Source of the DNA: Candidatus Latescibacterota bacterium
GTDB lineage: Bacteria > Latescibacterota > UBA2968 > UBA8231
Length of the DNA stretch: 64,000 nt
Reading direction: 5' to 3'
Assembly: GCA_965242865.1 (NCBI GenBank)
Contig: CBDETK010000013.1
Span: 5,440,001-5,504,000, forward strand
The translations under genes and the position numbers were made by a program. The notes under the pieces were generated by a model. That model made no database searches. It saw nothing but the letters and a program-made list of their open reading frames with translations, and was not told the origin of the DNA. Shown piece by piece: positions 1 through 10,711 of this stretch. Each line of letters begins with the position of its first letter. Position 1 is the stretch's first letter.

Positions 1-2
1 GA

Positions 3-2321
3 CTGCGACGGGTCGGTGGGGACCTCGCGCTTGAAGGTGCTCTTCCACTTGGGCCACACGGTCAGGTTGGCCCCGATGGGAATGGTGTAATCGGCTTTGG
101 TGATCAGCCCGAAAAACGAGCGGTCGCGCTTGTCGTCGGCCTGCTCGCCCCGCTGGTTGAACAGCTCGTGTTTGACCTTGGCGGTCGCCCGGAAGTTGCG
201 GAGGCGATTGTAGCGCGCCTGCAGGTAGATGCTGTTGACAAACGTGTCTTGGTTGTCGAGCGGGTCGGTAAAATCCGTCCGGCCCGTGGGGTCGACCCAC
301 TGCAAACGGTCTTCCCGAATGTTGTCCGCGACGAATTTGGCGTGTTCAAAGAGCGCCACCGACAGGCCCGGGAGATTCCACCGCACAGTGAACAAGCCGT
401 AGTTGGCCTTGCTCTTGCGCGCCGAACTGAGCTGGCGCTCGCTCAAGCGACCGAGGGTTAGCTGGGCGTCCTCGCTGAGCATCAGGCCGCCGTACGCGTT
501 GTAGCCCCGGTGGTCGCGGTCGTAGGGATAGTCGGGCTGGCGGTCGTCTTCAAAGCGGTCGATTAGGGTGTTGTTGTTCATGTCCATGCCAAAGAGAAAG
601 TCCGGCGGATCCACCTCGTAGCGCAGGAACGGCTCGTCGTAGTCGGGCCGCGCATTGCGGTTTTGGTTGAAGTCGGAGACGAAGTCGTTGTTCTCGTCGA
701 GACCGGGGAACACCTCTAAGTCGGCCCCCACTGAGCCGCCCGAAGCACCCACCCCGGTGCCGAATTGGCCGGCCCGCTGCCAGTCGGCAAAGCGGTCTTG
801 GTCGTCGTTGTCATCGACGAACTCAAAGAGGTGGAAAATTTCGCTGCTGTAATCAATGCCGCCCAGCGAGTTGGCCATGAACGCGGTCGTGCTGTAATCC
901 GGGTCCATGGTGAACATCTCGCCGTAGGCAAACCACGGATACGAGGTGTACGACGCGGTGATGTACCCGGCCTCGCCCTTGTCTTCGGCGAGGGTGTGTT
1001 CGGTTAGGTTTTGGTTGGGGAAGCGGCGGAAGCGGCGGTTGCGCACGAACTCGGCGCGCAGGTCGAGCCCGCCGAGGCTCAGAATCTCAAAATCCACTCC
1101 GATGACATCGCTGCCGGTGGGCAACCCGTACTCAAAGCGCAAAAACTGCTGGTTTGACCCGTCGGATATTTCGCCAGCGGCCTGCGCGACCGGCAAAAAG
1201 ACCGGGTCGCCCAAGCGGTCGGTCTGCACGTTGGACGTGACATCGACCCGGTAGTCGTTGGCCAAGATCAACTCGAACTCGATTTTGCTCGCCTCCTGAT
1301 AGGTCGGCACCTTTTCGGTGGGGCGGAAGCTGTTGCGGATGTCGTAGATCAGTTCGATGTGGTCCACGCCCCGAGCCTCTAAGCTGCCGCCGGTGCGGAT
1401 GCCGCCGCGGACGATCGGGGTGATTTCCGGGTGAATCTCGCCATCGATCAGCACGCGGTCGAAAAACAGCAAGGCCCCGTCGTCGCTCGATTCGGGCGAA
1501 TCGTCCGAGATCAAGATCGTCACGGTCTCGACGCTGCCGGTGTTTTGCGGCGTGGTCAAGACGCCCTTGAGCGAGTTGGCCCCCATGTCGAGGGTGCTCC
1601 GCGCATTGTGGGCGCTGACCCACGTCGCCCCCACTTTGGCAAAGTCGCCCACTTGGGCCACGCCCCGGCCGCCGAGCAGGCGGGTGGAGTTTTCCACGAG
1701 GGCTGCGGCCTCGGACTGGGTTCCGGCCGGATTGGCCGGCGAGCTGATGCGCGAGCCGAGGAACGTAAACGCGTACTTGTCGGCGAGGAAGTCCCACTGG
1801 ATGCCGTTGAAGGTCGGCTTGGAAAAGGTCAGGGGGGTTAGGGTGGTGCGAATGGCGTCGCCGACGGTCAGGGCGGTGTGAAACTGGCCCTTGTGGGCCG
1901 ACGAGATCACCACGCGGTCGAACCAACTGCTGTAGCGCGGGCTTTTGAAGATGCCGCTGCCTTGGCGCAGGGGATTGTTCTCGGTCCAGTCGTAAATCGT
2001 CCAGCCGCGGGCGATGTAGTTGCCAAAGGCGTCGTAGTGGCGGTTGCCCTCCAACTGAATATCGACGTAGCGCTCGTACTCGTCGCGGGCGTAGTTGCTG
2101 TACTCCCAGCCGCGCCAGCCGTATTCGTAGAAGAGGTTTTGCGGCAGGTAGAATTTGCGGCGGTTGGGTGCTAGCGCGCCGGGGTGGATTCGCACCCCGT
2201 AGATACCCGGCTCGGCGATGGGCCGATAGCCGGTCGTCAACTGAGCGGCAGCACTATTCCAGTCGAGTGCGAGCAACGCGAGTGCTGCCCACCATGCGAT
2301 TCGGATGCGAGATAAAACCAT
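3..2321 (-). CDS. Large secreted/outer-membrane hypothetical protein, truncated at left window edge
   Basis: Not in ORF track (no stop in window). ATG at 2321 after GAGGGAGGGG RBS; signal peptide MVLSRIRIAWWAALALLALDWNSAAAQ; same frame reads VWPKWKSTFKREVPTDPSQ at the edge; Asp/Asn-rich loops such as DMNNNTLIDRFEDD. Confidence 0.8.
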   Translation of the reverse strand, partial: MVLSRIRIAWWAALALLALDWNSAAAQLTTGYRPIAEPGIYGVRIHPGALAPNRRKFYLPQNLFYEYGWRGWEYSNYARDEYERYVDIQLEGNRHYDAFGNYIARGWTIYDWTENNPLRQGSGIFKSPRYSSWFDRVVISSAHKGQFHTALTVGDAIRTTLTPLTFSKPTFNGIQWDFLADKYAFTFLGSRISSPANPAGTQSEAAALVENSTRLLGGRGVAQVGDFAKVGATWVSAHNARSTLDMGANSLKGVLTTPQNTGSVETVTILISDDSPESSDDGALLFFDRVLIDGEIHPEITPIVRGGIRTGGSLEARGVDHIELIYDIRNSFRPTEKVPTYQEASKIEFELILANDYRVDVTSNVQTDRLGDPVFLPVAQAAGEISDGSNQQFLRFEYGLPTGSDVIGVDFEILSLGGLDLRAEFVRNRRFRRFPNQNLTEHTLAEDKGEAGYITASYTSYPWFAYGEMFTMDPDYSTTAFMANSLGGIDYSSEIFHLFEFVDDNDDQDRFADWQRAGQFGTGVGASGGSVGADLEVFPGLDENNDFVSDFNQNRNARPDYDEPFLRYEVDPPDFLFGMDMNNNTLIDRFEDDRQPDYPYDRDHRGYNAYGGLMLSEDAQLTLGRLSERQLSSARKSKANYGLFTVRWNLPGLSVALFEHAKFVADNIREDRLQWVDPTGRTDFTDPLDNQDTFVNSIYLQARYNRLRNFRATAKVKHELFNQRGEQADDKRDRSFFGLITKADYTIPIGANLTVWPKWKSTFKREVPTDPSQ

Positions 2322-2467
2322 GAGATACCCCTCCCTCAAGAGGCTTGGCCGAATGGTTTAGGAGCGAGTTGGAGCGATTCAAAAACTGAGCGTTCAGTCC
2401 ATTCTGATAACGGTAAGACTATTTCCGGCAATTTCCAACTTATGCCTCTACGTCTAAAAAACCAACT

Positions 2468-3849
2468 TCACGTCCGCACCTCCCATCGACCCGCCCTAGC
2501 CGATCCGACCCGACGGATGACGCCAGCGGCTCGCAGCTTTCCCAAGTGGTACTTGACTCCATCCCGCGTAAGGCCAATTCGTTCAGCGAGCATGCGCTGA
2601 GTTATCTCAGGCTCCGCTTTGAGTAAAGCCAATATGCGTTCTTGGGTAGTTTTTGGGGTAGTTTTTGGGGTAGTTTTTGGGGTAGTTTTTGGGGTAGTTT
2701 TTTTAGGGCTAGCATCACGGGTCGGGCGGACATGGTGCTGGTACGCGGCAGAAAACGGGAACCTCAACCACAGACCGTCGCCGCTGGCTTGCAGCTTCCA
2801 CTCTGGCGTGGGGTTGCCAGCCTCCTGGCACATTTCCGCGATCCGCCGGATGCCCCGTCCCCATGCCTCGATCATTCCGGCGCGGAAGAAGGCGTAGGCG
2901 ATGCGCGGGTTGTACGGCTTGGACGAAAATTCTCCGGCGAGTGGCTCGACAGCCCATTCCGGCGGCAACTGCACCGCATTCCAGATCGCGATCCGGTCGT
3001 CATGTACGCGAATCTGAATCGTCGTGGGGCTGGCGTAATCCCGGTGAATGACGGCGTTGATCACCGCTTCGCGCATGGCTTCGCGCGGTACGGGAAAGGT
3101 CTCCACGCGGTAAACGCCGTCGTAGGAAATCAAGGCTCGCGTGTACTTCGTGTACAGCAGTCCATCGTCCGATCTACCTGAGTGAATAGGTCGCCCTCGA
3201 TAACATCCTGATACAGCAACTCCGCACCGCGGAAGTAGCCGATCTTGACGTAGGCTTCCATCACGAACCGATCCGGCGCGGGATGAAAGAGCAGGACCGC
3301 GGCGCGCTTGAGGAAGCCTGCCTCCCGCAACTGGAGCCTTTCGATCACCCCTTCGTCGGATTCGTCCAAGATGTCCTGCGGCAAGCGTTCGCTGTCGGCA
3401 CCCCGCTGGCGAAACCCATCAAACACGCGACCGTCTAAGTCCTTGAGGCCGACGCCCGGCAGGGGCACGTCGTCCCACGTTCGGCCGTATTTTTGCAACA
3501 GGAAGCGGCTGAGTGCCGCGCCTCTGAGCACCTGCTTGGTGCTGCCGCTGCGATAGTGGAATTCGCCTTTGTAGCTGATTGCATTGGGGTAGGGATCAAC
3601 CGCGACTTCCAGATATTCCCGGCCGTCTGCCGACTTCAGGTTCACGTCAACCACAATGCCGAGCAATGCCTGTGCTTTGTTGGGGATCTCCTCGAGCAGC
3701 CGGAGAACGCCCTTCACTCCGACCACTTCGCCCCGATCATTTTTGCCGATTTCCAAGACGCCGCCCTGCGCGTTGGCGAAGCCGCAGACCCATTTTAGGT
3801 ATTCGTCCCGCCACGTCTCCTTCCATTCGATGTTCTGATTCTCGCTCAT
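2468..3849 (-). pseudogene. AlbA_2 (Schlafen-like) + HATPase_c_4 + HTH protein, split by a 1-nt frameshift near 3160
   Basis: N-half ENQNIEWKE...FANAQGGVLEIG; C-half REAVINAVIHRDY, PYNPRIA, IEAWGRGI and C-terminal wHTH. One added base after ...RTMD restores DLLYTKYTRALISYDG. Could be an assembly error. Confidence 0.75.
2643..2704 (-). repeat. 12-bp coding tandem repeat (~5 copies) encoding KTTP
   Basis: GGGTAGTTTTTG units with GTAG at 2646, 2658, 2670, 2682, 2694; protein KKTTPKTTPKTTPKTTPKTTQ. Confidence 0.95.
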
Positions 3850-4033
3850 GTCGTCTTTGTCAGAGACTCGGGTTTGACCGGCCGAATCTGACCGGTGGAA
3901 GCTACTACGTCATGCCCTGCTTGACGGCACGGGTCATGCCCTCGGCTGACGCCACTTTCTCTGCCTCGGATTTAAGCGAGGCGAGCAAATGACGAGAATG
4001 TCGCTACCTCATAAACCCGAACTCACGTTTGGT

Positions 4034-6310
4034 TTAGTACGCCACGTGGATGATCTGCGCCAAGTTTTGCACCTCGGCTTGGGCGTCGATTTGGATGCGA
4101 CACACGTAAATCCCCGGGGGCACGCGCTGGCCCTCGTCGTCTTGGCCATCCCACTCATAGACGAGGAAGCCATCGCTGTTGCGGCCGCCGGCCAACGAGC
4201 CGACCCGCCGCCCATCGAGCGCGTAAATGTCAACGGTGACCGGGGCGTCGGCCTTCAATACCGCGAAGCGAATAGAGGCGCGGTCGCCGACCCCGTCGCC
4301 GTTGGGCGTGAGGACCTGAGGCGAAATGGCGACTTGGTCGAGCAAAGCCGCGGACGCGGGCACGGCCGGCAAAAACACCGTGGTGGCCGCCCGGCCGGCC
4401 GGATCGACTTGCTGCCAAAATTCCAGCTCGTCGGTGTGGCCGACGAAGGCCGAAAAGAGATAGGGATTGGCGAATACGTTGACCCGCAGGTCGATTTCGA
4501 CCTCTTGCCGGCGGACGACTCGGGGCAGTTCCGCGACCAGCGAGTCGGGCAACAGCGCGAGGGAACTCGGCTCGACCTCGGCGCCGGCGACGCGGATGAC
4601 CACGCTCTCGGCCTGCGATGGCGTGTCGAGCCGCAGCCGGTTAAAGCCCTTGTCGCCCGATTGAAAGTCCGGTTGCAACGTGTAGGTGAAGGTTTCCGGC
4701 TGGCCCACTTGGGCCTCGTTCGGGGACACTTGGCCCAAGGCCCCATTGAGAAACGAGTCCGTGTAGTTGAGCCGCAGCCCGTTTAGGGTGGGAGCCACGT
4801 CTGGGCTGTCCGATTTGAGCAGCACCTTGAATTGGACGTAGCGCCGCGGGCTGGGCGAGAGAAACTCTTGGCCGGAGAACAGATAGGTGTTGCTCCAGCC
4901 GCTCCAATCCGCGCTGGGCCGAATGTAAGGCACGATGTCGCCCTTCCACCGCTTCTTCAAGGCGTTGTATTCGTCCTCGGTTACTTCGTGGCCTTTGCGA
5001 TGGTAGTACGTATTGCCCTCGTCGAGCCCGCTGCCCGAGCGCGTCTGCGCCAAAATTTGCGTTCCCGGGGGCAACTCGGCGTCCCATTCGAGGGTGCGGA
5101 ACACCTTGGGGCGGTCGTCTATCTTGAGGAAGTCCGAGCGCAATTCCACTTCGGCGACGTAGCCGGTGGGGATGACGACGGCTTCGGCCATCGCGCCGCT
5201 GCTGCTGCCGCCGAAGATCATTTCGAGATGGCGCAGGGGCCGATACGGGTGCATGAGATAGGTGATCGGCTCGGGATTGTTCCAATCGCCCGGCTCGGGA
5301 AAGTCGAAGAGGACATCGAAGTTGATGTCGCCCGAAGGCTTGAGCTCGCCGGCCGACCCCAGCAGCCGGTGGCGCAAGATGCGCGGCCGCCCCCAAGTGG
5401 TCGTCTCCTGAAACGCCACGAAGATGACGCGGTTGATCCAAAAGACCGCGCCCAAATCCCAGCGCCACTGGGCAATGAACTGGCCGGTCTCGCTCCAGTT
5501 GAGCTCCTCCCAGAAGGTGTTGACATTGCCGTCGATCATGGCCGGGGCGCGCTCCTTGCCCTGATCGTCGATGAGGCCGCCCCGCCCGGCGGTCCCTTGG
5601 GCGATGTTCTGGCCAAACGAGATGACCTCGACCTCGGCGAGGGCTGCGTCCTCGCTCTGGACGTCGGCGATGATGCGGATGTATTGGGTGGGAGCGAAGG
5701 TCGTGGAGACGTCCGCGGCTGCGGTGGGTTGGCCAAAGCTCAACACCCGTTTGGTGGCCTCGCCAAAGGCCACTCGATACGACAGCAGGGTCTCTTCGTT
5801 GCGCTTGGTCGTGCCGCCGATGAGGTTGAAGAGAAAGACGTCGTCGGTGATGGACTGGAACTTGCCGTCCGACCCAAAGACCCGCAGGGCCCGCAGCGGG
5901 CGCGCCCCTTCCTCGTCGGGAAAGTGCAGGCGGACCTCTTTGACGGCCACCATCCGGCCCAAGTTGATCTCGATCCACCAATCGTCGAGCGGGTCGTCTG
6001 GGCTGGGTTGCCAGTAGGTGGTCGGGTCGTCGTCGATGATCAGGGGGGCGTCGGCCGCGTTGGACCCAGCCTTCCACACCCCACCGCGCTGCTCGCCGGC
6101 CCGCTTGAGTTCGTGCGTGAACAGCGGGGCGCTCGGCGCGGCGTTGAAGGGCTGCTCAAACCGAATCGGCTTGATCGACCCATCGGCTCGCAGGTCGAGG
6201 GTGCCGACCGGAAAGACCCACGTCTCCCACTGCCGCTTGGTGTTCACTTCAAAGATTTCTTGCGCGTGGGCAACACTCGCTACCAGCGTCAGCAAACTAA
6301 GCCATAGCAT
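4034..6310 (-). CDS. Secreted protein with discoidin-like N-region and C-terminal FlgD-Ig/CHU_C-like domain
   Basis: Signal peptide MLWLSLLTLVASVAHAQ; C-terminal TPNGDGVGD...WDGQDDEGQRVPPGIY...VAY. Confidence 0.85.
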   Translation of the reverse strand: MLWLSLLTLVASVAHAQEIFEVNTKRQWETWVFPVGTLDLRADGSIKPIRFEQPFNAAPSAPLFTHELKRAGEQRGGVWKAGSNAADAPLIIDDDPTTYWQPSPDDPLDDWWIEINLGRMVAVKEVRLHFPDEEGARPLRALRVFGSDGKFQSITDDVFLFNLIGGTTKRNEETLLSYRVAFGEATKRVLSFGQPTAAADVSTTFAPTQYIRIIADVQSEDAALAEVEVISFGQNIAQGTAGRGGLIDDQGKERAPAMIDGNVNTFWEELNWSETGQFIAQWRWDLGAVFWINRVIFVAFQETTTWGRPRILRHRLLGSAGELKPSGDINFDVLFDFPEPGDWNNPEPITYLMHPYRPLRHLEMIFGGSSSGAMAEAVVIPTGYVAEVELRSDFLKIDDRPKVFRTLEWDAELPPGTQILAQTRSGSGLDEGNTYYHRKGHEVTEDEYNALKKRWKGDIVPYIRPSADWSGWSNTYLFSGQEFLSPSPRRYVQFKVLLKSDSPDVAPTLNGLRLNYTDSFLNGALGQVSPNEAQVGQPETFTYTLQPDFQSGDKGFNRLRLDTPSQAESVVIRVAGAEVEPSSLALLPDSLVAELPRVVRRQEVEIDLRVNVFANPYLFSAFVGHTDELEFWQQVDPAGRAATTVFLPAVPASAALLDQVAISPQVLTPNGDGVGDRASIRFAVLKADAPVTVDIYALDGRRVGSLAGGRNSDGFLVYEWDGQDDEGQRVPPGIYVCRIQIDAQAEVQNLAQIIHVAY

Positions 6311-6324
6311 AGTCGGTTCCTTTC

Positions 6325-8259
6325 TCAGTACGCCACACCCATGCTGCCAGAGCGCGTGAGCGTCTCGCGTTCCGTGTGGACTTGGACGACGGCGAGGTAC
6401 AGCCCCGGCGGAACGACCTGCCCTCGGTCGTCGCGCCCGTCCCACGCCACGGCATAAGCGCCGCTGGTGCTCTCGGCGCTGAGGACGGTGCGCACGGGGC
6501 GACCGGCCAAATCGAAAATTTCAACGGCGACCGCGACCGGCTTCACCAACTGCAACAGGCTGTAGAGCAGTTCTACGTGGTCGTTGACGCCGTCGCCATT
6601 GGGGGTAAAGACCGGGTGGCTGACCGCCAAGGGAGACACGAGCTGGCTGGCCGAAGCCGCGGTCGTCAGCACCCGCAGGGCATTGGTCAGCACATCCGGG
6701 TGGGCGTCGCCGGGTTGCACCCGCTGGGGTACGCCGCCGTCTTCGGCCTGCGAGTCAAAGACTTCGGCCTCCACGGAGGTGCCTTGGATGAAAATCTGCG
6801 CGTCGAACACGGCGCGCATGCGGTGAATGCCGGGCGCTGGCCGCTGCGAGGAAAAGAAGATGGTCAGGCTGCCCGGCGCCACCTGCAAGCTGTCGGGGGT
6901 GACCTCGGCCCCGTCTTCGCCGGTGAAGAACCGCCGAAATACCGGCGTCGATTGGGGGGTGAGAATGCGCAGGGCGTCAAAGCCGGTGTCGGCCTCCCCG
7001 ATTTGGGCCACGACATCGTAGGCAAACGTCGTAAAGTCCCCGGCGGTCACAATGGGCACGTCGCCGGGGGGCCGGGGGACATCCAACTCGGAAATCTCGG
7101 CCACCAAGCGTTGGGCTACGGGCGGGATGGTGTGTTCGACGCGCAGCGACGAAAGCCGCAGGCCGTCGAGAATCGCGCCGCTTTCGATCCGCACCTCAAA
7201 CTGGAAGTAGCGCCTGGGGCTGGGCAGTTGGATGGGCTGGCCGGATTCCGTAAAGGGGGCGGACCACAGGCTCCAGTTGACTTGATCGTCGTCGACAGGG
7301 CCGCGCACGCCTTCGTCGAGGGCTCGGTACTCGGCTTCGGTGACGACCTGCCGCTCGCGGGTAAAGAGGTCCGTGTACTCGTAATAGACCCGGGGGTTGT
7401 CGTCTAGGCCGGTGCGCATCACCACCGTTAGCTCGGCGGCCGCGGCCGGTTCGACGACGAGCTCATCGCCGCGCTGGCGCAGCTTTTCCACCGTCCATTC
7501 GATGCGGCTGAAATTGGCCGGCTCCCCGAGGTCGATGACTTGGGATAGATAGGAGCCGGCCGGCGCAAAGCCCGAGCCGAAGAGCTGGAATTCGGCCAGT
7601 TCAAACGGGCTGGCCGAGGTGACTTCGAGCTCGATGTAGCGGACAAATTGCAGGGGAAAGTCGATCTGCGCGGTGTTCTCGCGGGTAAAGTCAACGCGCC
7701 TGATCGGGGTGTAGATCGGCTCGTCCCGCTCGTTGAAGCTGGCGCCGTCATTGACTTTGAGCACGTAGCCGCGGATGTAGTCTTCGCTGAACGGCCGCCC
7801 CTCGGAGCTGACGCCGGCCAAGCGCGGAAAAAACGCGATCCGATTGGCGGGAAACCGGGTCCCCAAATCAAAGAAAAACTTGGTGCCGTCTTGGGCGATG
7901 CCAAAGCGCTTAAACGCGAGGTGGGTAGAAGTCGTGTCGATGCCATCGACGATTTCCAATAGGGGGCGGACGACCGCGATGTTGTCCCAGATCAGGGCTT
8001 GGGCGCGCTCTTCCACGTAGCCAGCCGGAAACGCATCGGCCCAAGTCAGGCTCGGAATGACGTTGTCTTGAGAGGTAAAGGCCACGAGCTGGACGGCGCC
8101 CAGCACGTCGAAACTCATCGCGGTGGAGCGCTGCTCGTGTTCCCGCCAAGCGGCCCCTTCGTCGTCGCCCACCGTCCATTGGCGGACTTCGGCCGCGGCC
8201 GAGGATGCGGCGAGGGCCGCGGCGAGCGCTAGGCGAGAAATGGTGGTGTGCAATCCCAT
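6325..8259 (-). CDS. Secreted FlgD-Ig domain protein (paralog 2)
   Basis: Signal peptide; TPNGDGVND...WDGRDDRGQVVPPGLY...VAY. Confidence 0.85.
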   Translation of the reverse strand: MGLHTTISRLALAAALAASSAAAEVRQWTVGDDEGAAWREHEQRSTAMSFDVLGAVQLVAFTSQDNVIPSLTWADAFPAGYVEERAQALIWDNIAVVRPLLEIVDGIDTTSTHLAFKRFGIAQDGTKFFFDLGTRFPANRIAFFPRLAGVSSEGRPFSEDYIRGYVLKVNDGASFNERDEPIYTPIRRVDFTRENTAQIDFPLQFVRYIELEVTSASPFELAEFQLFGSGFAPAGSYLSQVIDLGEPANFSRIEWTVEKLRQRGDELVVEPAAAAELTVVMRTGLDDNPRVYYEYTDLFTRERQVVTEAEYRALDEGVRGPVDDDQVNWSLWSAPFTESGQPIQLPSPRRYFQFEVRIESGAILDGLRLSSLRVEHTIPPVAQRLVAEISELDVPRPPGDVPIVTAGDFTTFAYDVVAQIGEADTGFDALRILTPQSTPVFRRFFTGEDGAEVTPDSLQVAPGSLTIFFSSQRPAPGIHRMRAVFDAQIFIQGTSVEAEVFDSQAEDGGVPQRVQPGDAHPDVLTNALRVLTTAASASQLVSPLAVSHPVFTPNGDGVNDHVELLYSLLQLVKPVAVAVEIFDLAGRPVRTVLSAESTSGAYAVAWDGRDDRGQVVPPGLYLAVVQVHTERETLTRSGSMGVAY

Positions 8260-8270
8260 GAGAATTCCAT

Positions 8271-8562
8271 TGATAGGCTACGGCACATGATAGGCTACAG
8301 CACATGATAGGCTACGGCACAGGGGCCGTAGCCTACGGTTCCTGTGCCTGTTTCCGTTTCCGTTTCCGTTTCCGTTTCTGTTTCTGTTTCCGTCCCCCCT
8401 ATTCTGCCGTCCTACCCCTGTTGTGGACGGCCCCCGTGCCGTTCAATCCGTCCCGCCCAACCCGTCCCGCCTACCCCGCGTCGTCCTAATCCGCGTCGTC
8501 CTAATCCGCGTCGTCCTACCCCGCGTCGTCCTACCCCGTCCCGCCTACCCCGCGTCGTCCCA
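8271..8562. repeat. Intergenic cluster of tandem and palindromic (REP-like) repeats
   Basis: 17-bp TGATAGGCTACRGCACA x3 then inverted GCCGTAGCCTAC; (GTTTCY) x~7; 15-bp CCGCGTCGTCCTAMY x4-5. Confidence 0.9.
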
Positions 8563-8563
8563 C

Positions 8564-10615
8564 CTAATAGGCCACGGCCACCGCCCCAAAACGCACCTCT
8601 CGACCCCGGTCAGTATTCGCCCCAATCCGCACCAGATACACGCCCGGTGCGACGAGTCGATTGGCTTCGTCGCGGCCATCCCAGCGCAGCGCGTGATACC
8701 CCGCGCCCTGCACCCCACCCGATAGACGCCGCACCGGCTGACCGGCCAAGGTCAGCAACTCAATTTCTACTTCAATCGCATCGAGGACGCTGAACAAGGT
8801 GTATTCAATGGCCACTTGGTCGTTGATGGCGTCGCCTTGGGGCGTAAAGACCGCCGGGGCGATTGCCACCTCAGACAACACGGCTTCTAGCGAGCCGGAA
8901 TGGACCAACACCCGCAACTGGTCCGTGCCCAATTCGCGGCTGGCATCGCCGCTTTCCACGCTTTGCGGCAGGGTATTGCCCTCCCGCGCAAAGACTTCGG
9001 CGCGCAGTTGGTCCGACGCGCCGTACACGGTCGTCTCCAGCCGCAACCGGAGCGCGTCGCTGGTGGCCGGCTCGATCCGCTGCGGCAAATAAATCGCCAA
9101 GTCGCCCCCTTCGTGGACGATGCTGTCGGGCGTCACGGCCGTTAGCGGCTCGCCCATTTCCAAGCCCAGCACCCGGCCGGCCGAGGGCAACCCCAAGCGC
9201 ACCGCGTCAAACCCCGGCTGGCCGGCGTCGGAAAACTCGGCCCGCAACCCGAGGACGAACTCGGTCGGCTCGCCCGCAGGCACTTGCGGCACTTTGCCGT
9301 CGGGGCGCAACTGGGCCACGGCCGCAACTTCGCCCAACACTTGGTCGGCCAACAGCGGGGAGGTTTCAATGGCGACCCAATCGAGGCGGGCAAACTCCCA
9401 CAAGGCTTGGGTCTCTAGCTGGATTTGTAGCTGAATATAGCGTCCCTTGGGTACGCGGGGCCGCTGGCCCGCAACCCGGATCGGCGGCGACCAGAAGCTC
9501 CAGTTGTTGGCATCGTCGGCGATGACGCCCTGCCAACCCACGGCCGGCGGGTCCCACGGCCACACGCGCGGCTTGAGCTTGGCGTAGGCGTCCTTTTCCA
9601 CTTCTACGGGCTGGCCTAAGTCGTTGTACGAGTGATAGGCGATGGGGCCGTCGTCCAACCCGGTCTTGATTTCGATGTTGACGCCGGCTTGGGCGTCGGG
9701 TGCTTCGACCAATTGGTCGCCAGCGCGCCGCCAAGTGCTCAAGCCAAAGTTCACCGCGCCGATGTTGATGAGCGCGCCCATGTCGATCACCTGCGATAGC
9801 CAGCGCGCCCGGGGGACAAACCCGCGGCCGTACACCTCTAGCTCGGCCAGCGCGTAGCGCGTGAACTTGGGCGGGGCGTCGGGCAGCACCCGCATGCGGA
9901 AGAAGCGCAGGTACTGGAGCGGAAAGTCGATCTCGATCACCGCGTCGAAGTTTTGCTCCACCTTGGCCAACGTCTGATCCAGCGGCAGGTAGTAATCCGT
10001 CTCCTGCGTACCGGCCACGCCCGAGCGGAATTGCGGGGGTTGTTGGGTTTCGACCGCGACTTTGTCGTTGGTCGCGGTCAGCTCGTAGGCTTCAAATTTG
10101 TAGTTGGGCCGGTACGGCTCTTGGAAGAAGGGGTCGTTGCCCTCGGGCGGCACCAACTTGAAGTGGTCGGCCGGAATCGGCATGCCCATGTCGAGCGTGT
10201 AGAACTCGCCCCAGATGCCCCCGAGGCCGCCGCTGCCCTGAAAGTCGCGCCCCTCGTAAAAGGTGTTGAGATCGCCGTCGATAAACTCCATGGGGTTGGA
10301 GACGTGCCCGGGCCGGGAGACATCGCCGATGGCCCGCCAGATGCGGGGCATGCCCTCTTGGTAGTTGATGTCAATGGGCTGCCGATAGCGCGTCCAGTGG
10401 CGCAGTTGGGTCACCACATTGACGTCGGGCTTGAGTTCGAGCGGTTGGATCGCGCCCGGGGTGGTGGCGTTATCGACCATCAGGTTGACCAGCGTCTGCT
10501 CCTCCCAATCGAGGCCATCGGCGCCGCCGAGGCGGAACTGCGACACTTGCGCTCCGGCCGGGCCGACTTGGGCGAGGGCCAGGTACGCCGCGAGCAAACA
10601 GAGCTTGGATTTCAT
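8564..10615 (-). CDS. Secreted FlgD-Ig domain protein (paralog 3)
   Basis: MKSKLCLLAAYLALAQ signal after AGGAG; TPQGDAIND...WDGRDEANRLVAPGVY...VAY. Confidence 0.85.
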   Translation of the reverse strand: MKSKLCLLAAYLALAQVGPAGAQVSQFRLGGADGLDWEEQTLVNLMVDNATTPGAIQPLELKPDVNVVTQLRHWTRYRQPIDINYQEGMPRIWRAIGDVSRPGHVSNPMEFIDGDLNTFYEGRDFQGSGGLGGIWGEFYTLDMGMPIPADHFKLVPPEGNDPFFQEPYRPNYKFEAYELTATNDKVAVETQQPPQFRSGVAGTQETDYYLPLDQTLAKVEQNFDAVIEIDFPLQYLRFFRMRVLPDAPPKFTRYALAELEVYGRGFVPRARWLSQVIDMGALINIGAVNFGLSTWRRAGDQLVEAPDAQAGVNIEIKTGLDDGPIAYHSYNDLGQPVEVEKDAYAKLKPRVWPWDPPAVGWQGVIADDANNWSFWSPPIRVAGQRPRVPKGRYIQLQIQLETQALWEFARLDWVAIETSPLLADQVLGEVAAVAQLRPDGKVPQVPAGEPTEFVLGLRAEFSDAGQPGFDAVRLGLPSAGRVLGLEMGEPLTAVTPDSIVHEGGDLAIYLPQRIEPATSDALRLRLETTVYGASDQLRAEVFAREGNTLPQSVESGDASRELGTDQLRVLVHSGSLEAVLSEVAIAPAVFTPQGDAINDQVAIEYTLFSVLDAIEVEIELLTLAGQPVRRLSGGVQGAGYHALRWDGRDEANRLVAPGVYLVRIGANTDRGREVRFGAVAVAY

Positions 10616-10711
10616 AAGGGATCTCCTAAAAAAAGAAGCGCGGACACAGGAAGATAACGCAAAACAGCCGGGGCCTGTCAATCAAAATTTAACGCCGGGG
10701 CCATGGGGTCG

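Noticed and set aside
3989-7407. Long plus-strand ORFs (e.g. 4832-6307, 6376-7407) and similar antisense ORFs elsewhere
   Set aside because: Shadow frames of high-GC genes on the opposite strand; no recognisable motifs.
8271-8562. Possible CRISPR array
   Set aside because: Units are 6-17 bp and directly tandem with no unique spacers; no cas genes in the window.
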